Positions 1 through 6,199 of a DNA stretch of 24,302 nucleotides are shown here, piece after piece. Location of the stretch: the IMG/VR virus record IMGVR_UViG_3300034407_002423, positions 1-24,302 of that record. One strand, given 5' to 3'. A program made the translations under genes and the position numbers. The stretch is from a virus (lineage: Duplodnaviria > Caudoviricetes). Under the pieces are notes generated by a model that had not been told where the DNA came from, ran no database searches, and saw only the letters and a list, made by a program, of their open reading frames with translations. Position 1 is the stretch's first letter, and the number at the start of each line of letters is the position of its first letter.

Positions 1-447
1 TAGCAGCTCGCCAAATTTAGCAAGCATGCGTCTGCAGTGATCTGGTTCGATGTGTTCTGCGACTTCAAAATTAACAATGATATTTGGCTTTGCTGGTAAG
101 TCTTTTTCAGTCAAGTCGCATACGTCTGTCTTGCTGAAAATTTGATGAGGCTTCCACGACGCATTTCTAAATTGTTCTGGCGTCGTAAGTGCTGACACGT
201 CGACTGCACCGTACCAAGCAGGACCCATGCGGCTAGAATGCAAGAGCTTTGCCAAAGGCATCTCTTTGCCGCACCCTACGTCCAAGACTCTGCTTGTCTT
301 GTATCTCATCGACTGGCCCATGTATTTGACCACGTGTGTCCACCTAAAACAATGCGCAATGTAATCACGGTGTAAGAATCCGCGTGTCTCTGCATTGTCT
401 ATGGATAAAAATGTCTTATCTACTTTCTTTCCTCTGGCGTTAGCCAT
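1..447 (-). CDS. Class I SAM-dependent methyltransferase, 3' end runs off the window (not in ORF track)
   Basis: Manual translation from ATG at 447: MANARGKKVDKTFLSIDNAETRGFLHRDYIAHCFRWTHVVKYMGQSMRYKTSRVLDVGCGKEMPLAKLL...YGAVDV...IIVNFEVAEHIEPDHCRRML. Motif I VLDVGCG, acidic motif II (GAVD) and a UbiG-like EVxEH motif; start overlaps the end of the upstream ORF by 8 nt. Confidence 0.88.
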   Translation of the reverse strand, partial: MANARGKKVDKTFLSIDNAETRGFLHRDYIAHCFRWTHVVKYMGQSMRYKTSRVLDVGCGKEMPLAKLLHSSRMGPAWYGAVDVSALTTPEQFRNASWKPHQIFSKTDVCDLTEKDLPAKPNIIVNFEVAEHIEPDHCRRMLAKFGELL

Positions 448-664
448 GCTTTCTCTCCTCTATAAAGCCGCGTGAAACTAGCTGGCTTTTGTAATAAGAT
501 AAAAGACGCTGAGCTTTTTGACGGCTACGAACGTCTAACGTTATTTGCTCAAGCAAGTCGGCTTTACTGATCTTGCCTTTGGCCTCTATGATGTTAAGAA
601 TGCCCTGACTCTGACGAGCCAAGGCACCATCACCTGCTTTCACAAAAATGTAGGTGGTTTTCAT
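440..664 (-). CDS. Small basic hypothetical protein, possible winged-helix-like fold; probable paralogue of 2074-2370
   Basis: 74 aa, translationally coupled at both ends (TAATG overlap at 664); C-terminal SRQKAQRLLSYYKSQLVSRGFI pattern shared with 2074-2370. Confidence 0.75.
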   Translation of the reverse strand: MKTTYIFVKAGDGALARQSQGILNIIEAKGKISKADLLEQITLDVRSRQKAQRLLSYYKSQLVSRGFIEERKHG

Positions 665-1614
665 TATGCTTCTGCATACTCCATTGCTAAGTTAAGAGCG
701 TTACGCTTGGTGGCAGCTCTAGGACCGAACCACGCACTAGACAATGACGAACTGCGGTCACGACCAGCTTTATGATCCACGTAGTAAGTCACAGCATTTA
801 AAGCAGACCACCACGTGCCTTCGCTAAGATTAGCACCTGGCTGCTCATGAATGCAATTGTGTACTAAGTTGCTAACCTTAAGCAACTCGGCACGATCTTC
901 TGTGACCTTGTTAGGTTGAAACAAGCGGCTAATATACTGATTTAACTGAGACTCGTCGTAACTAATCTTGCTCAGTATCGTAGCTGCCTCTTGAAACTGC
1001 TTCATCTGTGCAGCCGCCAGACCAAGAGCGGTCATAGCTTCTTGCTGCACGTCGTGTGTAAACTCTCTAACGTGGCTCATACTGAATCGATCACCTTGAT
1101 GACCTAAAGCCATGGTCAGCGTGTTATTACACACCACGCGAATCGGCGTGAACATCACGGTCAATGACTTACCCCACGTGTGTGGATGTGAGATTAACAA
1201 GTGACCGTTGACCTCGTCACCACCTGGCAGCGTGAAGCCCTGAGCAATGTCGGCTAACGCCCACACTTGACGACCATCTTTAAGACTGCCCGCGGTACTC
1301 ATCTTCATGTTGCCGGCTTTAACAAACCGGTCAAAGAACTCAAACACCTGAGCGTTCTGTGTCGGCAAGTAACGTGAGCCGCAAGGACTAAGAATGGTGT
1401 CGTCGCTGTCGCGTACGATAGCATAATAATCCGTCGAACTAGCCATCTCAGTACCAGTTGCCGTTTTAACGTACAAAGGACGCTTAGACACCGACCAATC
1501 AAGTCCAGCTGCAACCATCATCTCGTTCGGCGATAAGTCATCACTAACACTGACACCTAAACCGTGCCAAGGTGTTTGTCCGGCATAAGCCATTGTTTCT
1601 ACTTCATGTGACAT
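664..1614 (-). CDS. DUF932 / TIGR03299 phage-plasmid family protein
   Basis: Recognisable motifs PWHGLG, AGLDWSV, TAGSLKDGRQVWALA, TPIRVVCNNTL, GTWWSALNAVTYYVDH. Start moved from 1716 to ATG 1614 (MSHEVETMAYAG) because of the AGAAAGGAG RBS and to avoid overlap with 1644-1967. Confidence 0.9.
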   Translation of the reverse strand: MSHEVETMAYAGQTPWHGLGVSVSDDLSPNEMMVAAGLDWSVSKRPLYVKTATGTEMASSTDYYAIVRDSDDTILSPCGSRYLPTQNAQVFEFFDRFVKAGNMKMSTAGSLKDGRQVWALADIAQGFTLPGGDEVNGHLLISHPHTWGKSLTVMFTPIRVVCNNTLTMALGHQGDRFSMSHVREFTHDVQQEAMTALGLAAAQMKQFQEAATILSKISYDESQLNQYISRLFQPNKVTEDRAELLKVSNLVHNCIHEQPGANLSEGTWWSALNAVTYYVDHKAGRDRSSSLSSAWFGPRAATKRNALNLAMEYAEA

Positions 1615-1643
1615 AACATCTCCTTTCTGTAAAATGCAGTTAA

Positions 1644-1967
1644 TTATACTGCAGCCGAAGCTGCAAGTAACCCTTTTTGTGTTGATTCTGTAAAAATAGC
1701 CATGACTCGATACCAAGCTAACCCGTTATGACCGCCAACGTGCCAGTACATACGCTCATCGTTATCGAACGGTGGATCCTTGTAATCATAAATGGTAGCT
1801 ACCACGCCGTCGTCAAACTCAAGCACCCAGTTAAACCGTGTCTTGCCATCCTGACTTGGACCATGCGGCACGCCAAAGATGTCGACTAGCTGATCGTACG
1901 AGGCTACTAAGCCATCAATGAAATAAGTACCACTGACCTTCCAACTTTCTGCTTTCTCAAAAGTCAT
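1644..1967 (-). CDS. Conserved phage hypothetical protein
   Basis: 107 aa; pattern ASYDQLVDIFGVP...DGKT...W...G.VATIYDYK...WHVGG resembles a recurrent small phage protein family; function unknown. Confidence 0.8.
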   Translation of the reverse strand: MTFEKAESWKVSGTYFIDGLVASYDQLVDIFGVPHGPSQDGKTRFNWVLEFDDGVVATIYDYKDPPFDNDERMYWHVGGHNGLAWYRVMAIFTESTQKGLLAASAAV

Positions 1968-1968
1968 A

Positions 1969-2064
1969 TTAACCCTTTATAAAGTTTAAAATACGAACTG
2001 CCACCGTCAAGACTATCGCGACGGCAGCAGGGAAACCTACAATCCAACAAACAGCACGCAGCAT
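1969..2064 (-). CDS. 31-aa hydrophobic micro-protein (not in ORF track)
   Basis: MLRAVCWIVGFPAAVAIVLTVAVRILNFIKG; strong TAAGGAGG RBS upstream; fills the gap, with its stop 1 nt before the next ATG. Confidence 0.7.
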   Translation of the reverse strand: MLRAVCWIVGFPAAVAIVLTVAVRILNFIKG

Positions 2065-2073
2065 CAATCCTCC

Positions 2074-2370
2074 TTAGTTACCAAACAACTCAGACAAAGG
2101 AACATCAATACCTTCAATCTTACGCATATCAACCTCAACAGGAATCATACGCTTAGAATCAAGCAGCAAGTTGCGATAGTACTTAAACACGCGCGCAGGA
2201 TCTTGCTTCGTCTCAAAGTCGCCATCGGCGTGAGCACACTGCAAGATAGACACGATCTCGTCCTCCCGTAAATCTCGATCCTCAGGCATGAGCAGCACAA
2301 TCCTCATAGCCTGCTTTGGCAGCTTTATAATGCTGCCAGTAGTACTGTCAAATCGATACTTAATCTTCAT
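2074..2370 (-). CDS. Hypothetical protein; probable paralogue of 440-664
   Basis: Start placed at ATG 2370 (ATGA overlap with the upstream stop, GGGAGG RBS) rather than GTG 2376; contains TKQDPARVFKYYRNLL. Confidence 0.8.
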   Translation of the reverse strand: MKIKYRFDSTTGSIIKLPKQAMRIVLLMPEDRDLREDEIVSILQCAHADGDFETKQDPARVFKYYRNLLLDSKRMIPVEVDMRKIEGIDVPLSELFGN

Positions 2371-2543
2371 CTCCACCTCCCTGTCACTGGTTCATGATCG
2401 ACAAACAAGCACTCGCCTGTCACATACGTGCCATCAGCATGGTAAATCGGCTCGCCGCAACCAATAGCTGCATTAACTAACATCACAGCCATGAACACCG
2501 CGCCAACCAATGCAGCAACGACACACAATACGTTATTAATCAT
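2367..2543 (-). CDS. 58-aa single-pass membrane protein (not in ORF track)
   Basis: MINNVLCVVAALVGAVFMAVMLVNAAIGCGEPIYHADGTYVTGECLFVDHEPVTGRWR; N-terminal hydrophobic helix followed by GCGE...GEC; GGAG-type RBS; overlaps both neighbours. Confidence 0.78.
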   Translation of the reverse strand: MINNVLCVVAALVGAVFMAVMLVNAAIGCGEPIYHADGTYVTGECLFVDHEPVTGRWR

Positions 2544-2742
2544 CTAACTCCCTCCAGACGTCGTCTGACGCCAGCATGCGAGCAACCCCGCTTGTAACTA
2601 TGTACAACGGACCGAAATTAGTCCGCAGCACAGTACCCAATACATCATGATCAAACGGACCGGTGTAACGGTCTGTCGCTACCCTAACCTCTAATGAATC
2701 ATCATGCGTCGATAAATACTGCTTCAACTCACCTACAGTCAT
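2536..2742 (-). CDS. Small phage hypothetical protein (MTVxELxxxL type)
   Basis: Start at ATG 2742 preceded by AGAAAGGAGAT, the same RBS as the DUF932 gene; 68 aa MTVGELKQYLSTHDDSLEVRVA. Confidence 0.8.
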   Translation of the reverse strand: MTVGELKQYLSTHDDSLEVRVATDRYTGPFDHDVLGTVLRTNFGPLYIVTSGVARMLASDDVWRELDD

Positions 2743-2784
2743 AACTATCTCCTTTCTATTCACCACAACACGTGGATCACGGTT

Positions 2785-2814
2785 ATTATACCACGAATCT
2801 CGGATCGATGTCGC
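2785..2814 (-). promoter_or_regulatory. Sigma70-type promoter with extended -10 for the second early operon
   Basis: Minus strand TGgTATAAT (2793-2785) with weak -35 GCGACA at 18 nt spacing; about 40 nt upstream of the ATG at 2742. Confidence 0.65.
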
Positions 2815-2820
2815 AGGGGA

Positions 2821-2962
2821 TATTAGATCTCACATCCCAATACCTTGCTGCAACCCTGTAATATATATATCTGTTACTAATTATTGATGTATTGTATTTA
2901 TTAGCGCGAGGACTTTTAAAAAATATTTTTTTTTATTTTTTTCCTTATACTAATACTCAATA
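2821..2962. other. AT-rich non-coding tract flanked by TATTR/YAATA pentamers (candidate origin or protein-binding array)
   Basis: TA dinucleotide run; TTTTAAAAAATATTTTTTTTTATTTTTTT tract; TATTG/TATTAG copies on the left and CTAATA/TCAATA on the right. Confidence 0.4.
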
Positions 2963-2985
2963 AAAAAGGGGACCGAAGTCCCCTT
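2961..2985 (-). terminator. Rho-independent terminator
   Basis: Minus strand AAGGGGAC-TTCG-GTCCCC-TTTTTT (cUUCGg tetraloop), 3 nt after the stop of 2989-3240. Confidence 0.92.
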
Positions 2986-2988
2986 GAT

Positions 2989-3240
2989 TCACACTTCGCT
3001 CGCGTCCTCGACCATATAGCTCCACGCGTATATCTCTAACTCTTTCTTGTCGCTATCCCAGTATTCCAAGTTAAACATGCGACCACTGTTACGCGCGAAA
3101 GCTCTCGCGATATTCTCTCCCTCATCGATGGCAGCTTGCTTACTGGTACATTTAGTCTTGATCGGAAGGGTGGTGTTCACATCCACCCACCACCACTTAC
3201 CTCCCTTGTACATCTTACCCACAACTACGTTGTCTTCCAT
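2989..3240 (-). CDS. Small hypothetical protein, weak DUF2188-like pattern
   Basis: 83 aa; GGGAG RBS; WWV...TSKQAAIDEGENIAR resembles the DUF2188 T-x-x-x-A-I helix. Family call is tentative. Confidence 0.75.
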   Translation of the reverse strand: MEDNVVVGKMYKGGKWWWVDVNTTLPIKTKCTSKQAAIDEGENIARAFARNSGRMFNLEYWDSDKKELEIYAWSYMVEDASEV

Positions 3241-3241
3241 A

Positions 3242-3406
3242 CTATTCTCCCTGTAATCGTTTTATAAGTCCCTCAATGACTGAATCATGAAGATTATCGA
3301 TTCTCGCTTCACTCATAGTACTCCACTCCTCATTAACAAAGTCGACAAATTTCTCGTCAATTAAATCCATCATATCGTTAACAATACTTTCTGATATTAG
3401 TGACAT
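3242..3406 (-). CDS. 54-aa acidic protein, first gene of the early block (not in ORF track)
   Basis: MSLISESIVNDMMDLIDEKFVDFVNEEWSTMSEARIDNLHDSVIEGLIKRLQGE; GGAG RBS; stop 1 nt before the next ATG; 13 D/E versus 4 K/R. Confidence 0.8.
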   Translation of the reverse strand: MSLISESIVNDMMDLIDEKFVDFVNEEWSTMSEARIDNLHDSVIEGLIKRLQGE

Positions 3407-3449
3407 ATTATTCTCCATTCTAGTTAGTAATTGTATTAATTACACTTAC

Positions 3450-3478
3450 ATACTACTGATGTTATCCGATAATGTACA
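3450..3478 (-). promoter_or_regulatory. Leftward promoter TGTACA-N17-TAGTAT
   Basis: -35-like TGTACA 3478-3473, 17-nt spacer, -10 TAGTAT 3455-3450, AT-rich sequence upstream; same hexamers and spacing as 4220-4248. Confidence 0.7.
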
Positions 3479-3496
3479 CCTTTATTGTAATTTATT

Positions 3497-3601
3497 TTAC
3501 ATCACTCCCTGTATTCCTTTCACACTCACATTCTACTACCTCTTATTTAATATCAAATTATAATATCTACTCCCTGTCTCTTATCTCTTACATCACTCCC
3601 T
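3497..3601 (+). repeat. 14-bp direct repeat TTACATCACTCCCT (x2) plus a third ACTCCCT core
   Basis: Exact copies at 3497-3510 and 3588-3601; ACTCCCTGT at 3504-3512 and 3569-3577; the region is almost G-free on the plus strand. Confidence 0.8.
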
Positions 3602-3831
3602 TTTCCCTGGTTCCAGACCCCTGAGCCGCGGTTTGCTGCCATCTAATCAGTGGTCCTAAGCTATTGATTGGCAACAATTAAAACCTTTCGCGCCCAGGAT
3701 CCGTGTCCAGGGCCCCGGGGGTAAGATTCCAGGAACCGCGCAGTCTAGCGCGTAGTCAGTGGTTCTGCGGGGGTGAGTATTGACTATCGAATAAAGTCCG
3801 TAAGGTTATTGAGTGTATTATAGAGAAAAAG

Positions 3832-3860
3832 AGTACAAATTATTTTAATCGGTGTAGACT
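3832..3860 (+). promoter_or_regulatory. Rightward promoter AGTACA-N17-TAGACT
   Basis: Hexamers 3832-3837 and 3855-3860 with 17-nt spacing, A-tract upstream, 30 nt before the HNH ATG. Confidence 0.55.
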
Positions 3861-3890
3861 AGCTAATATATACAATAACCCAATAACTGA

Positions 3891-4229
3891 ATGCCTTATA
3901 AGGATAAGAAGGATCAGAATAAGTGTGCCAGGGAGTGGTACTTAAGAAACAAAAATAAGCACTACGAAAACACTCGAAAAGTTAAGATGAGGCATCTAGC
4001 AGCTTGGAAGCAGTTTAAGGCAAAGGTTGCATGTTCTAACTGCGGGTTCAAGCATCCAGCTGCAATTGACTTTCACCACGTCGTCAGAGGCCCGGACCAA
4101 GAGCCTATTAACCGTCTAATAAGTCAGGGTAGATTTACCGCTGCTTACAAAGAAGTAGAGAGGTGTATTCCTCTTTGCGCTAATTGCCACAGAATTTTGC
4201 ACTATAAAGAAGAAAAGAGTGTACAATAA
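3891..4229 (+). CDS. HNH endonuclease (zinc-binding type)
   Basis: CSNC...IDFHH...CIPLCANCHRILH motifs; directly upstream of the terminase genes. Confidence 0.9.
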   Translation: MPYKDKKDQNKCAREWYLRNKNKHYENTRKVKMRHLAAWKQFKAKVACSNCGFKHPAAIDFHHVVRGPDQEPINRLISQGRFTAAYKEVERCIPLCANCHRILHYKEEKSVQ

Positions 4230-4248
4230 CACTCTCATCGTATAGTAT
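4220..4248 (+). promoter_or_regulatory. Rightward promoter TGTACA-N17-TAGTAT for the terminase operon
   Basis: Hexamers 4220-4225 and 4243-4248; followed by a GGAGG RBS and ATG 4267; -35 overlapped by the inverted repeat AGAGTGT-N6-ACACTCT (4216-4235). Confidence 0.7.
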
Positions 4249-4266
4249 CCGTATTATGGAGGGTAT

Positions 4267-4572
4267 ATGTCAAGTGCTGGTGGTAAAAGGAACGGGGCCG
4301 GGAGGCCGAAAGGGGCGAAAAACAAAAGGACGCAAGAAATACAAGATCGGCTAGATGATCTTGAATGTGATCCTATTGAAGGTATGGCTATGATTACTGC
4401 CGATCCGACAACTTCTCCTGAGCTTAAATTTCAGTGTTATAAAGAGTTAGCGCAGTACGTTGCGCCTAAGCGTAAAGCTATGGATATGAACCAAACGATT
4501 GATGGTAACATTGAAATAAACGTATTACGATTTACTGAGGATGCTGACGACCTAGACTATGACGACGATTAA
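4267..4572 (+). CDS. terS: Terminase small subunit (putative)
   Basis: N-terminal GGKRNGAGRPKGAKNK, KELAQYVAPKRKA, acidic tail; overlaps the terL start. Confidence 0.75.
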   Translation: MSSAGGKRNGAGRPKGAKNKRTQEIQDRLDDLECDPIEGMAMITADPTTSPELKFQCYKELAQYVAPKRKAMDMNQTIDGNIEINVLRFTEDADDLDYDDD

Positions 4573-5863
4573 GGTTCCTATCGATTGGTCCCCGCGCTCT
4601 TATCAACTACCCTTGTGGAAATATTTTGAAGGGGGCGGTAAGAGAGCCGTAGCTGTTTGGCACCGTCGCGCCGGAAAAGATTTATCGAGTATTAATTGGT
4701 GCGCTGTTTCAGCCATGACAAGGCCCGGGTTATACTGGCACTTGTTCCCTACCTATAATCAGGGGCGTAAGATCGCCTGGGACGGCATGACTAGAGATGG
4801 TCGCAAGTTTTTAGATCACTTTCCTAAGGAGATGCATGAGGCGGTTAACAATACCGAAATGCGTCTTACTCTTAAAAATGGCTCAATATATCAAGTGGTT
4901 GGTACTGATAACGTTGATCGTCTGGTTGGAGCAAACCCAGTTGGGGTTGTTTTTTCAGAGTACTCACTCCAAGACCCTCGGGCCTGGAACTACATACGAC
5001 CGATCCTAGCTGAAAACGGCGGGTGGGCGTTATTTATTTATACTGCTCGTGGACGTAACCATGGGTATGACTTATTAAACATAGCCAAGAAAAACGAAAC
5101 TTGGTTCCAACAAGTATTGACAGTAGATGATACTCGGGCAATACCAAAGGACGCGGTAGACGAAGAACGCGCTTCTGGTATGCCTGAAGAAATGATTCAG
5201 CAAGAGTTTTATTGTTCTTTTGACGCGCCGCTGGTAGGCAGCTACTATGGCAATGCCATGTCCAAGTTGTTGGCAGACTCGCACCTGGGTAAAATCCCTT
5301 ACGATCCGGTGCTCGACGTTCACACTTCTTGGGACTTAGGGGTTGGGGATTCAACTTCTATCATTTTTTTCCAGCTACACGGAAACGAAATAAGAATAAT
5401 AGATTACTACGAAAACTCAGGAGAAGGTTTACCACATTACGTTAAATATCTTCGCGAAAAAGAATATGTTTATGGAGATCATTTTGCTCCGCATGATATT
5501 AAGGTTAGAGACTTTTCTACTGGAAAAAGTAGAATTGAAGTAGCTAGAGAGCTAGGGGTTAAATTTAGAATAGTGGCTAACTTACGTATTGACGACGGTA
5601 TAGAAGCTGTAAGATCTATTTTACCTAGATGTTATTTTGACGAAAAAAAGACCGAACACTTAATTGAAGCTTTACGCCAATACCGTAAAGATTTTGATGA
5701 TAAAAACAAGGTATTTCGAGATAAGCCAATGCACGACTGGACAAGCCATCCGGCAGATGCCATGCGCTACTTGGCCCTGGGAATTCGCGACAGAATTAAC
5801 CGGCGTACAACTACTTTACCACGACAAGCCGAAAGTGAATATAGTATTTTTGCCGCTTACTAA
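4559..5863 (+). CDS. terL: Terminase large subunit
   Basis: PRSYQ adenine-binding motif, Walker A HRRAGKD, Walker B-like VVFSEY, coupling motif TARG, nuclease motifs SWDLGVGDST and HDWTSHPADAMRY. Confidence 0.96.
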   Translation: MTTIKVPIDWSPRSYQLPLWKYFEGGGKRAVAVWHRRAGKDLSSINWCAVSAMTRPGLYWHLFPTYNQGRKIAWDGMTRDGRKFLDHFPKEMHEAVNNTEMRLTLKNGSIYQVVGTDNVDRLVGANPVGVVFSEYSLQDPRAWNYIRPILAENGGWALFIYTARGRNHGYDLLNIAKKNETWFQQVLTVDDTRAIPKDAVDEERASGMPEEMIQQEFYCSFDAPLVGSYYGNAMSKLLADSHLGKIPYDPVLDVHTSWDLGVGDSTSIIFFQLHGNEIRIIDYYENSGEGLPHYVKYLREKEYVYGDHFAPHDIKVRDFSTGKSRIEVARELGVKFRIVANLRIDDGIEAVRSILPRCYFDEKKTEHLIEALRQYRKDFDDKNKVFRDKPMHDWTSHPADAMRYLALGIRDRINRRTTTLPRQAESEYSIFAAY

Positions 5864-5874
5864 AGGAGATACAA

Positions 5875-6195
5875 ATGGGGTTTTTTAAAAGAATATTTAG
5901 GCCTGCTACACGGGTTGTTAAAAAAGTAGTTAAAAGAGCGGTACAACCGGTAAAGAGCATTTTTAAAGCTTTGACACCAGAACTCCCTGAAATGCCAGAG
6001 TTACCAGAACCTCCTGCTCCACCCGATCCAAATGCCGCGGCAAAAGAAGCTGCCGCATTTGCCAAAACCCAGGCAGGTAAAAGAGGGAGAGCGTCTACTG
6101 TTTTGGCCGGAAGGACAGGCCCAGGAATAGGTTCAGACGAGGAAGAGCAGATTCGACGTAAAAAACTAGGCGGCTATAGCAGCCCAACAGGCTAA
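5875..6195 (+). CDS. Small virion-associated protein before the portal (T7 gp6.7/7.3-like position)
   Basis: AAAGGAG RBS; basic amphipathic N-terminus, Pro-rich linker, KRGRASTVL motif, KKLGG end. Call is mainly by synteny. Confidence 0.65.
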   Translation: MGFFKRIFRPATRVVKKVVKRAVQPVKSIFKALTPELPEMPELPEPPAPPDPNAAAKEAAAFAKTQAGKRGRASTVLAGRTGPGIGSDEEEQIRRKKLGGYSSPTG

Positions 6196-6199
6196 TAAA

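Noticed and set aside
1615-1716. 34-aa N-terminal extension of the DUF932 ORF
   Set aside because: Overlaps the upstream gene; the RBS and family-like N-terminus point to ATG 1614.
2657-2684. Possible fourth GGGUAGC...GUCC motif on the minus strand
   Set aside because: Only one base pair closes the bulge on the inner side, and it lies mid-CDS in an unrelated gene; likely chance.
3779-3810. TTGACT as a canonical -35
   Set aside because: No acceptable -10 at 16-18 nt spacing.
4945-4965. TerL Walker B reads VVFSE rather than hhhhDE
   Set aside because: The catalytic Glu is retained and I recall this variant as common in this terminase group; not evidence of inactivation.
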